A DNA stretch of 39,762 bases from an uncultured Coriobacteriaceae bacterium. GTDB taxonomy: Bacteria > Actinomycetota > Coriobacteriia > Coriobacteriales > CADBOM01. The stretch is from the NCBI GenBank assembly GCA_964558235.1, contig CAZLCK010000001.1:33943-73704 (forward strand). The letters run 5' to 3'. Positions 1-8,583 of this stretch are shown piece after piece. Position 1 is the first letter of the stretch. Each line of letters begins with the position of its first letter. The position numbers and the translations under genes are program-made. The notes under the pieces are model-generated. The model did no database searches. It was given only the letters and a program-made list of their open reading frames with translations, and had not been told where the DNA came from.

Positions 1-9
1 CCTCAGTCT

Positions 10-1974
10 TTAAAGCTCACGGCATAGCCAATAAGCATTATTGATCGCATCTCCAACAACGCCAACCTTGTCAGCATCTCCAACGACATAGGTCTCAGGA
101 ACGATATCCTTCATCTCCTCGATCCATGCCTTATTTGGTTTAATTCCAAATGCTGTAACCGCTGTATCAGCAGGCAAAGTCTCGATAGTGCCGTCCTTAT
201 GTTTAATCACAACACCGTCAGACTTAAATTCCTGAACCTGAGCCTCGCCTATGCACTTAACGTTGTAATTTGCAAGATTCTTTGTAATCTCATAGCGATT
301 CATCTCATCGAAGTCTTTATAGAAATCTTCAACAGGAATCATATCTACAAGCGTTACTTCCTTGCCTTCCATGCCAAGGCTAATAGCACACTCAGCGCCA
401 GAGAGTCCTCCTCCACAGACAACAACTCTCTGTCCTGTCTCGGCTTCCCCACGATCAACGTCAACGACAGTCACAACGTTAGATCCATCAATTCCTGGAA
501 TCGGAGGGGTGATCAACTCAGCACCAACTGCCAAGATAACAACATCTGGATCCTCAGCACGGATCGTATCTGCTGTAACTTCTTGGCCTAAAACAATACG
601 AGCGCCACAATTGAGAGTCTGACGAATCTGCCAATCGAGATAGCGTCTGAATCCATCCTTATAGACAAGAGCAGAGGCCTCAACAAGACGTCCACCAAGC
701 CTTGGTAGCTTATCGTACAAAACGACTTCAAAGCCGCGCTCCATCAAGATGTTTGCAGCTTCCATACCAGCTGGTCCTCCACCAACGACCATAACTTTAC
801 GAGCATATGTAATAGGTGTTAGTTGAGTTCCACGGTACTCCCAACCACAAGTTGGGTTAACAGCGCATCCTTCCACATGTCCACCACTAGGTGCACAGCG
901 CAAGCAATACAGACAACGCAAGCATGGGCGAATATCATCTTCACGACCCTGCTCACCCTTAACAACATATCTTTCATCGGCCATAAGAGCCTTAGCCATA
1001 GCGACGACATCTGCCTTACCAGTTGCGATGATCTCCTCAGCCTGCTCAAGTGTGGAAATACCACCACAAACCGAGATCGACAGATCAGGGCAAGCCTCTT
1101 TAAACATTGCAGAGTATTCAACATTGCAACACGGACTAATATAATAGCCAGGCATATTAACTGCCCATGCTTCTTTATCGAATAGAGTACCAGCCGAAAC
1201 CACAACCTGATCGATATAAGGCTCGGCCAGCTTCAAAAATTCAATACGCTCCTTAACTCCAGTAGAACCTGGCAAATACTCATTGCCTTGGAAGCGAATC
1301 TCGATAGGAATATCCCCATCGGTCACTTCACGAGCAGCACGCAAAACCTCAAGCGGGAACTTAAAGCGATTCTCAGGAGTTCCACCATACTCATCGGTAC
1401 GATGATTAAAGTATGTAGAAAGAAATGCTGAGAAGAGATTTCCATGAGCCATATGGATCATGACCATATCAAAGTTTGCCTTCTTGCAGCGAATGATCGC
1501 CTTCTGCAAGTTGTCAATAACCTCATCCATCTGATCGCGATTGATCTCTTCAAACTTCTCAGGATCGGCACACCATCCATCGATCAAAGAGGGAACCCAG
1601 GCCTTTTTGCCATCCTCTAACAAATCTCCTGCCCACTGTCCTGCATGTGTTAGCTCAGCAGAGAAATTGCAATTAAGTCTATGCATCTCGCGAGTAACCA
1701 TGGTTAGTCCATGAATGTCCTCATCTTTTGTGACCGACATACATGCAAAGAAATCACGTGCACGATCAAAGTCGATAGGTGTTGACCCAACAGTTACCAA
1801 AGCTGCACCAGTTAGAGCTTGCGCACGATAAAACTCAAAGAGCTCATTAGTTACATCTCCCGAAACATAACCTGCATGATTGGTAACAATTGGTGAAAAT
1901 TGAATACGATTTTTCATGTGCATACTGCCCACATCCCAAGGCTGATAGACATGCGGGAAATTGTTAAGTGCCAT
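10..1974 (-). CDS. OYE-family Fe-S/FMN/FAD NAD(P)H:flavin oxidoreductase (ene-reductase, BaiCD/2,4-dienoyl-CoA reductase architecture), paralog 1
   Basis: TIM-barrel motifs KNRI, HMAHGNL, NHRTDEYGG..ENR; Cys cluster CLRCLYC-x12-C; two Rossmann motifs GGGPAG and GGGLSG. Start set at ATG 1974 (MALNNF), which follows a GAGAGGGGAG RBS and matches the paralog's N-terminus. Confidence 0.9.
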   Translation of the reverse strand: MALNNFPHVYQPWDVGSMHMKNRIQFSPIVTNHAGYVSGDVTNELFEFYRAQALTGAALVTVGSTPIDFDRARDFFACMSVTKDEDIHGLTMVTREMHRLNCNFSAELTHAGQWAGDLLEDGKKAWVPSLIDGWCADPEKFEEINRDQMDEVIDNLQKAIIRCKKANFDMVMIHMAHGNLFSAFLSTYFNHRTDEYGGTPENRFKFPLEVLRAAREVTDGDIPIEIRFQGNEYLPGSTGVKERIEFLKLAEPYIDQVVVSAGTLFDKEAWAVNMPGYYISPCCNVEYSAMFKEACPDLSISVCGGISTLEQAEEIIATGKADVVAMAKALMADERYVVKGEQGREDDIRPCLRCLYCLRCAPSGGHVEGCAVNPTCGWEYRGTQLTPITYARKVMVVGGGPAGMEAANILMERGFEVVLYDKLPRLGGRLVEASALVYKDGFRRYLDWQIRQTLNCGARIVLGQEVTADTIRAEDPDVVILAVGAELITPPIPGIDGSNVVTVVDVDRGEAETGQRVVVCGGGLSGAECAISLGMEGKEVTLVDMIPVEDFYKDFDEMNRYEITKNLANYNVKCIGEAQVQEFKSDGVVIKHKDGTIETLPADTAVTAFGIKPNKAWIEEMKDIVPETYVVGDADKVGVVGDAINNAYWLCREL

Positions 1975-2042
1975 TAATATCTCTCCCCTCTCTTTTGAGA
2001 TCTCCCTTGTTGATCTCATTGTTACAGATCTGTTTTACAAAT

Positions 2043-2111
2043 TAATGCGTATAATTTGCACGCATTATTGTCGCTACTTTAAATTCTTATGGCTATCTAT
2101 TCACATGTCAA
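2043..2111 (-). promoter_or_regulatory. Putative promoter (TTGACA-17-AAGAAT) with downstream palindromic operator TAATGCGT-N9-ACGCATTA
   Basis: -35 at 2106-2111 and -10 at 2083-2088 on the minus strand; perfect 8-bp inverted repeat at 2043-2050/2060-2067. Confidence 0.5.
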
Positions 2112-2120
2112 TTATCAATT

Positions 2121-2160
2121 AAAATCCTCCGCTCATTTTATTAATGAAACGGAGGATTTT
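2121..2160 (-). terminator. Intrinsic terminator of the feo operon
   Basis: AAAATCCTCCG...CGGAGGATTTT inverted repeat about 45 nt after the last feo-operon stop codon. Confidence 0.75.
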
Positions 2161-2204
2161 ACATTTAGCTTAATAGAATATTGGACAAAATTTACCGGTT
2201 TTTA

Positions 2205-2396
2205 TCAGCTATTGTTTTTGTTCTCAAGATGTATGTCATGAATGTGATGTGTATGCGATGAACACCCATTGCAGCCTTCAGGACAGCTAGAACATGTCGA
2301 TCCACTTTTATGCTTCTTATAAAGATACCTAACAATCAACGCCACGATAACTATCAGTATTATGACTACTACAATTGTTCCTGGTGACACTGGCAT
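2205..2396 (-). CDS. FeoB-associated Cys-rich small membrane protein
   Basis: 63 aa; N-terminal TM helix, CSSCPEGCNGC and a His-rich tail; directly downstream of feoB. Confidence 0.85.
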   Translation of the reverse strand: MPVSPGTIVVVIILIVIVALIVRYLYKKHKSGSTCSSCPEGCNGCSSHTHHIHDIHLENKNNS

Positions 2397-2428
2397 CTAA
2401 ATCACTTACTTTCCATTACCTGATGAAC

Positions 2429-4870
2429 TTAAACCTCTAGAGCTGGCTTATTAGCTACTCCCTTTGCCTTTTTCTTAGCTGGATTTGGCCTAAAGAGCAT
2501 GTACAAGAATCCAATTGCAAGAACTATCGCAATTATTGTCCAAATTCCAAATGGAGCTTCTCCAGTAATAAGTCCGCCAATCTGGAAGATCCAAAGCGAG
2601 ACCACATAAGCGAGTCCACATTCATATCCAATTGCTGCCCAGAACCACTTTCTATTGTTCATCTCACGTTTAATAGTTCCCATTGCAGCAAAGCATGGTG
2701 CGCAAAGTAGGTTAAATGCAAGCATTGAATAGGCAACAAGTGGAGTAAATGCTGCTTGAACGTTTGCATACCAACCGGTATCTCCTGCATAGAGAACTCC
2801 AAATGTTGATACGAAGTTTTCCTTAGCAATAAGTCCTGTAATGGTAGCTGCGGTTGGCTGCCATTCACCCCAACCAAGTGGAGCAAAGATCCATGCAATG
2901 CCACTACCGATAATAGCCAAGATGGAATTGTTTTGGTCACCGACTGCTGTAAAGACTCCATCTTCCCAACCATATCCGGAGATAAACCAGACAATGATAG
3001 TTGCTAGCAAGATGATAGTTCCAGCTTTCTTGATAAATGACCAACCACGCTCCCACATGCTGCGCAAAACAGAACCGACTGTTGGTAGGTGATAAGCTGG
3101 AAGTTCCATGATAAATGGAGTGGTTTCACCAGCGAAAAATCTAGTCTTCTTTAGAAGGATACCGGAGCAAATAATTGCCACAATTCCAAGGAAGTAGGCA
3201 CTTGGAGCAACCCACCATGCACCACCAAAGATTGCACCAGCAAATAGAGCAATGATAGGTAGCTTGGCTCCGCATGGGATAAAGGTTGTGGTCATAACTG
3301 TCATACGACGGTCATTTTGATTTTCAATAGTACGAGATGCCATAACTCCTGGAACTCCGCATCCTGTACCGATCAAAATCGGGATAAACGATTTTCCAGA
3401 AAGTCCAAATTTGGAGAAAATCCTATCGAGGATAAATGCGATACGAGACATATATCCACAGTACTCGAGAATTGCGAGCAGCAAGAAGAGGATTAGCATC
3501 TGTGGCACGAAGCCCAAAACGGCACCGACACCAGCGATGATACCATTGACAATTAGGTCAACGACCCAATCGGCTGCATCAATTGCATTGAGCGCTTCCT
3601 CGACCAAAACAGGGATACCAGGAACCCAGACTCCATACTCAGTTGGATCTGGCTCGCTGACAGTCAACGCCTCTTCATAGGCAGCTAGGTCAACTTCTAC
3701 AATCTCATTTTCACCTGTCTCATCATCGTAGGCATCATAGTAGGCTACAAGATCAACCGCTGCGGCCTCTTCAGCAAAGTTTGCAGATTCAACATCTAGT
3801 CCAGCACTCTCTGCAGCTGCTGTATATGCATCTATTGCAGTTGTTGCATCCTCAAATTCACCTGCAACCTCGTCATACTCATCGCCGCCACCAGCAATAA
3901 ACCATCCATCGCCAAACACGCCATCATTGGCCCAATCGGTCGCAACGGTTCCAACGGTGGTAACAGAGATATAGTAGACCAAGAACATGACCACTACGAA
4001 GATAGGAAGTGCTGCCCACCTATTTGTAACAACTCGGTCGATCTTATCCGATGTTGACATAGTCCTCTTTGGATTGCGCGTGTAACAATGGCCAATAATC
4101 GAATCGATGTATTCATATCTTCCATTTGCAATGATCGACTCTGAATCATCGTCGTGATCTTGCTCAACTTTTGAAATTGCATTTTCAAAGCGAGATTGCA
4201 AAGCGCCAGCATCAACACCTTCAGGAAGTTGCTCGGCTAACTTTTCATCGCGCTCAAAAACTTTAACCGCAAAGTAGCGCTTAAAATCTGGGTCGATCTC
4301 CTCAGGAAGCTTTGATTCGATGTCGTTGATAACATCTTCTACCTCGGCTTCAAACTTATGAGGAACGGTAGCTTTAGCCCCCGATGCAACAGCTGCCTTA
4401 AGCTGATCAACAAGTTCATCTATTCCAGTGTTTTTAAGAGCAGAGATCCCAACTACTGGACATCCCAATTCCTCGGAGAGTTTATCGAGATTGATTTCGT
4501 CCTTGTTCTTCTTAACGATATCAACCATGTTAACGGCGACAACAACTGGAACGCCCATCTCTAAGACCTGAGTAGTCAAGTATAGGTTACGTTCGAGTTG
4601 AGTTCCGTCAACAATATTCAAAATTGCACTTGGCTTTTCTTGAAGCACATAGTTTCTAGCAATTACTTCTTCAAGCGTATAAGGGGAAAGTGAATAGATA
4701 CCTGGAAGGTCAGTGATAACAATATCACTTGCGCCCTTGAGCTTTCCTTCTTTCTTTTCAACAGTTACTCCCGGCCAGTTACCAATACGCTGATTTGAGC
4801 CGGTGAGTTTGTTGAACAATGTCGTCTTGCCGCAATTAGGATTGCCGACAAGAGCTATGTTGTTCGACAT
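2429..4870 (-). CDS. feoB: Ferrous iron transporter B
   Basis: GNPNCGKT, GNWPGVTVE and DLPG GTPase motifs; multi-TM gate domains (GCGVPG, IPCGAKLP, PCFAA). Confidence 0.97.
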   Translation of the reverse strand: MSNNIALVGNPNCGKTTLFNKLTGSNQRIGNWPGVTVEKKEGKLKGASDIVITDLPGIYSLSPYTLEEVIARNYVLQEKPSAILNIVDGTQLERNLYLTTQVLEMGVPVVVAVNMVDIVKKNKDEINLDKLSEELGCPVVGISALKNTGIDELVDQLKAAVASGAKATVPHKFEAEVEDVINDIESKLPEEIDPDFKRYFAVKVFERDEKLAEQLPEGVDAGALQSRFENAISKVEQDHDDDSESIIANGRYEYIDSIIGHCYTRNPKRTMSTSDKIDRVVTNRWAALPIFVVVMFLVYYISVTTVGTVATDWANDGVFGDGWFIAGGGDEYDEVAGEFEDATTAIDAYTAAAESAGLDVESANFAEEAAAVDLVAYYDAYDDETGENEIVEVDLAAYEEALTVSEPDPTEYGVWVPGIPVLVEEALNAIDAADWVVDLIVNGIIAGVGAVLGFVPQMLILFLLLAILEYCGYMSRIAFILDRIFSKFGLSGKSFIPILIGTGCGVPGVMASRTIENQNDRRMTVMTTTFIPCGAKLPIIALFAGAIFGGAWWVAPSAYFLGIVAIICSGILLKKTRFFAGETTPFIMELPAYHLPTVGSVLRSMWERGWSFIKKAGTIILLATIIVWFISGYGWEDGVFTAVGDQNNSILAIIGSGIAWIFAPLGWGEWQPTAATITGLIAKENFVSTFGVLYAGDTGWYANVQAAFTPLVAYSMLAFNLLCAPCFAAMGTIKREMNNRKWFWAAIGYECGLAYVVSLWIFQIGGLITGEAPFGIWTIIAIVLAIGFLYMLFRPNPAKKKAKGVANKPALEV

Positions 4871-4970
4871 CTAAGGGTTTCCTTTCTTGCTTGCATATTA
4901 TTAGCCTTACTTTGAGATCACATCTGCAATCTCTTTAACTCAACAAATCTAGACTTATATCTCTTAGATT

Positions 4971-4986
4971 GTTAGTTATATCTAAC
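4971..4986. promoter_or_regulatory. DtxR/IdeR-family-like operator upstream of feoB
   Basis: GTTAG-TTATAT-CTAAC palindrome fits the TTAG-N6-CTAA core of DtxR-type boxes. Confidence 0.6.
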
Positions 4987-5051
4987 TGCAGATCCAAAAA
5001 ATAGACTCTCCACGGAGCCCGAAAATCAAAAAAGTAATTATTCGAAAATAA

Positions 5052-5276
5052 TCATTCAACCTCTACCATTTCAGCATCTTCTTTACGCAGAGATAGCTCA
5101 TAACCGCGCACAGTAACCTCAACTGGGTCTCCTAAAGGAGCGACTTTACGGATGAAGATAGCAGAACCCTTGGTTATCCCCATATCCATAATTCGCCTCT
5201 TGACAGCACCCGAACCGTTAAGCTTAACAACAGTTACCGTTTCACCTTTTTTGGTCTCTCTAAGCGTTTTGGCCAA
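5052..5276 (-). CDS. feoA: Ferrous iron transport protein A
   Basis: KRRIMDMGITKG...APLGDPVEVTVRGYELSLRKEDA, the classic FeoA signature. Confidence 0.95.
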   Translation of the reverse strand: MAKTLRETKKGETVTVVKLNGSGAVKRRIMDMGITKGSAIFIRKVAPLGDPVEVTVRGYELSLRKEDAEMVEVE

Positions 5277-5303
5277 CTTATCCCCCTTTCAAAAACCAAA
5301 GTA

Positions 5304-5317
5304 TTAAGCATAACTAA
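5304..5317. promoter_or_regulatory. Second DtxR-like box, upstream of the feoB-proximal feoA
   Basis: Minus strand reads TTAGTTATGCTTAA, 11/14 identical to TTAGTTATATCTAA at 4972-4985. Confidence 0.5.
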
Positions 5318-5322
5318 ACATC

Positions 5323-5370
5323 AAAAAAGTTTTGGGCAAAATATAACAAAATATAAATTTGTCCCAAAAC
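5323..5370 (-). terminator. Possible intrinsic terminator/attenuator between the two feoA genes
   Basis: GTTTTGGGACAAA...TTTGCCCAAAAC stem followed by T6 on the minus strand. Confidence 0.45.
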
Positions 5371-5380
5371 CAAATTTAAG

Positions 5381-5590
5381 CTAAACAATAATCGCTTGAG
5401 CAAGTTCCAAGCTAAGTGCAATCCTAGTATTTTTAACGTTTACAATAATATTTTTTCCAGAATGCGACACTACAGTAATAGGCGCGCCCGGAACAAACCC
5501 TAAATCCTCAAGATGCGAATGAATCTTTGGATCAGCTTTGACACGTCTTATATGGTATGTGCCATCTTGTTTAATTTCAGACAAGACCAT
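5381..5590 (-). CDS. feoA: FeoA family protein (second copy)
   Basis: HLEDLGFVPGA...IIVNVKNTRIALS, an SH3-like FeoA pattern; first gene of the operon. Confidence 0.9.
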   Translation of the reverse strand: MVLSEIKQDGTYHIRRVKADPKIHSHLEDLGFVPGAPITVVSHSGKNIIVNVKNTRIALSLELAQAIIV

Positions 5591-5887
5591 TTCGACATCG
5601 CCCTTCCTAGGTGGTTTGCAAAACTCATGTTAGATGGGGTAAACAAACATGTCAATACTTATAACAATTTAAAGTTGTTGACGGGTAACATGCACACTTG
5701 ATATACGGACTAAATATATAAATTACCAGCTAGAAGCGGACAAATTGAGTTGCAAATGAGTTATCGCTTAACGCATTATTGAAAGAAAATGATTGCTCTA
5801 ATAATTGCATAGCTAATTACATAATTTGCCAATATCGAGCTTGCTTAAACACGATAAAATGTACTTCCACCAAATAAGGAGAGCAGC

Positions 5888-7681
5888 TTGAACAAAAAAA
5901 GCAAAAACAGATCTGTTGGTATGAAAACCATTGGGCATTATTGGAAGGTAACTATGCGCCATAAGCCCATGTTTACACTAGCTCTGCTTTCAACTTTAGG
6001 ATTTGTATTTTTTCTTTCGTATGCAAACCCATTTATTCTGGGGTTGATCATCGATGAGATCTCTTCTGGTGTAGATGTTGCAGCAGATCAGGTCTTTGTA
6101 GTATTTGGTCCTTACATTGGCCTTTTGATCGGCGTAAATGTAGTTGGACAGACATGTAGTAAGCTTCAAGACTACGCAACTTGGAAGCTTGAAATCGCTG
6201 CAGCATATGACCTTGCAACCCAAGCTTTCGATACTCTTTCGAATCAATCGATGACGTTTCATTCAAATAGATTTGGAGGCTCTTTGGTAAGCCAAACGCA
6301 AAAATTTATGAACGCATATACCGTCTTGATGGAAAATCTCATCTATGCTGTCATTCCGATTGTAAGCTCTGCGATATTTACCGTAGTTATGCTTATTGGT
6401 GTAGCTCCCATGTATGTAGCGATACTTTTGGTATTGATGGCAGCCTACGTTGTAGTTGCATACATGCTTTTCAAACGCGTTTTACCGCTCAATTCTAAAG
6501 CGGCAGCTGCTCAAAATATGCTATCTGGAGAGTTGTCCGATTCAATTACCAATATCTTATCTGTAAAAACTTATGGCAAAGAGGCCTACGAACGTGATCT
6601 TTTTGACAAGGCCAACAGAAGCGTTGTAGCAGCTGATTCAAAACGAATGCGAGCATCTATCATCAGAGGGGCAATTACAAGTGCAATTATCGTATTGATC
6701 ATGACATTAGTATCGATCTTTATTGCCGGAGGAAATGCTTGGCTTGGTATTAGTGCCGGTACTTTAGTAATGATGTTTACATATACATATTCGATGACCA
6801 ACCAGTTCAACCGCATCAGTTTGACCTTACAACAACTCAATCGCGGTTTAGGCGACGCTCATGATATGACTGAAATCTTAGATGAGCCAAGGTTGGTTGA
6901 TGATATTGAAGGAGCACCGGATCTCAAAGTAACCAAAGGAGATATCTCAATTTCCCATCTAGGTTTTTGGTATTTGGATGCTGATGAAAATGACAAGGTC
7001 TTCGAGGACTTTTCTTTGGAGATCCCAGCTGGTCAACGCATTGGTTTAGTTGGAAGGTCTGGATCTGGAAAGACAACGTTAACTAAATTATTGCTTCGTC
7101 TGTCTGATGTTCAAGAAGGACAGATACTAATAGATGGGCAAGATATTTCTAAAGTAGCCCAAACATCTTTGCGCCATCAAATTGCTTATGTTCCACAAGA
7201 ACCGCTGCTTTTCCACCGCACAATTTCTGAAAACATTTCATATGGAAAACCTAAAGCTTCGTTTGAAGAGATAAAGCAGGCTGCAATCGATGCAAACGCT
7301 TTAGAATTTATTGAAAAGCTACCGAAAGGTTTTGAGACTATAACTGGAGAGCGCGGAGTAAAACTCTCTGGTGGACAGCGTCAGCGAATTGCAATTGCGC
7401 GAGCAATTTTGGCAAATACTCCAATTTTGATCTTAGATGAAGCCACAAGCGCACTCGATTCTGAGAGTGAAAAATTAGTGCAAGATGCTCTAGTACGCCT
7501 GATGGAAAATCGTACATCTCTAGTCATTGCACATAGACTTTCGACTGTGGCAAGTCTAGATAGGATCGTTGTACTCTCTGAAGGCCGCATCGTTGAAGAT
7601 GGTACTCACAGTGAGCTTTTGGCAGCTGGCGGTGAGTATAGTCAACTTTGGAAGCGCCAAAGCGGTGGTTTTTTGGAATAA
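5888..7681 (+). CDS. ABC exporter, fused permease/ATPase (MsbA/MdlB-like)
   Basis: N-terminal multi-TM domain; Walker A GRSGSGKT, LSGGQ signature, Walker B ILILDEATS, H-loop IAHRLST. TTG start after AAGGAG. Confidence 0.92.
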   Translation: MNKKSKNRSVGMKTIGHYWKVTMRHKPMFTLALLSTLGFVFFLSYANPFILGLIIDEISSGVDVAADQVFVVFGPYIGLLIGVNVVGQTCSKLQDYATWKLEIAAAYDLATQAFDTLSNQSMTFHSNRFGGSLVSQTQKFMNAYTVLMENLIYAVIPIVSSAIFTVVMLIGVAPMYVAILLVLMAAYVVVAYMLFKRVLPLNSKAAAAQNMLSGELSDSITNILSVKTYGKEAYERDLFDKANRSVVAADSKRMRASIIRGAITSAIIVLIMTLVSIFIAGGNAWLGISAGTLVMMFTYTYSMTNQFNRISLTLQQLNRGLGDAHDMTEILDEPRLVDDIEGAPDLKVTKGDISISHLGFWYLDADENDKVFEDFSLEIPAGQRIGLVGRSGSGKTTLTKLLLRLSDVQEGQILIDGQDISKVAQTSLRHQIAYVPQEPLLFHRTISENISYGKPKASFEEIKQAAIDANALEFIEKLPKGFETITGERGVKLSGGQRQRIAIARAILANTPILILDEATSALDSESEKLVQDALVRLMENRTSLVIAHRLSTVASLDRIVVLSEGRIVEDGTHSELLAAGGEYSQLWKRQSGGFLE

Positions 7682-7783
7682 GTAAGTAAGTTTTCATTTG
7701 ACCCTACACAGATGAAAAAGCAATGCTAGTATTTCTTTAATGTGTTCAAAATAGTCATTGCTAAACATGAGGAGGGGAAGATA

Positions 7784-8280
7784 GTGACAACTTTAAGAGA
7801 CCACCTGCTTCAAAAACATTTCTTTGATAACATCAATATCCCAGTTGGAGAACTAGATGGTATCCATGCACCTGGCTGCTATTATCCAAATCTAAATGGT
7901 GAGCAAGGTTTTATCTCAACATGGCTACCAATCACTGAGCCCCTTTTGATGGAGCCAGAGCCTGTATATCACGACTTTGATCAGATGTGCTTTTTCTGCG
8001 GCGGAGATGCTGCTCATATGGACGAACTCGGTGGTGTAGTTGAGATGTGGCTTGGCGACGAGGAAGGCAACACCGAGAAATTTGTTATCACAAAACCAAC
8101 CGTTATCTACATCAAAAAAGGCATGATCCATTGCCCACTTAATTTCAAAGAAGTTATGACCCTACAAAACCTATCTTCTTCCAAGATCTAACCTTTGCTA
8201 GCGTCTATAGAAGGTTTAGACCAGGTCATCCTGATGAACCTCTAAATGAAAAATTCGAGCCAATCGAGAAGACTTGGTAA
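7784..8280 (+). pseudogene. Cupin-like protein with a 1-nt frameshift near 8156 (real lesion or sequencing error)
   Basis: GTG start after GGAGGGG; cupin-like HDFDQ...HCPL motifs. After ...NFKEV a shifted frame (8158-8280) continues DPTKPIFFQDLTFASVYRRF...EKTW-stop, a more plausible C-terminus than the in-frame MTLQNLSSSKI. Confidence 0.7.
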
Positions 8281-8395
8281 AAAACTTTAAAAAATTTAAG
8301 TTACCTATAGATCCTAAAAAACATAAAGCTTAAAGTTTCAAGATACCTCTGTAGCGCATTAAAGAATTGCTGCACTACGTATTTCTACATTATTA

Positions 8396-8444
8396 TGGCG
8401 CATGCTTCTTCCTTCAAAAGAATGTGAAACATGCGCCACTTTTC
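8396..8444 (+). terminator. Putative intrinsic terminator
   Basis: TGGCGCATG...CATGCGCCA stem followed by CTTTTC. Confidence 0.5.
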
Positions 8445-8480
8445 TAATGAGGTTTCTCTTTGAAAAATAGGTTTTAGTAA

Positions 8481-8510
8481 TTGACACACTTTGTTTTGAG
8501 CATCTAACGT
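8481..8510 (+). promoter_or_regulatory. Putative sigma70-type promoter of the OYE-SDR-SDR operon
   Basis: TTGACA (8481-8486), 18-nt spacer, TAACGT (8505-8510). Confidence 0.45.
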
Positions 8511-8583
8511 GAAATCGATACAAAAAATGGACTGGATAGCATTTTGTTAGTTAAGTGCCATTTTGTATATGAGAGGAGAGGTT

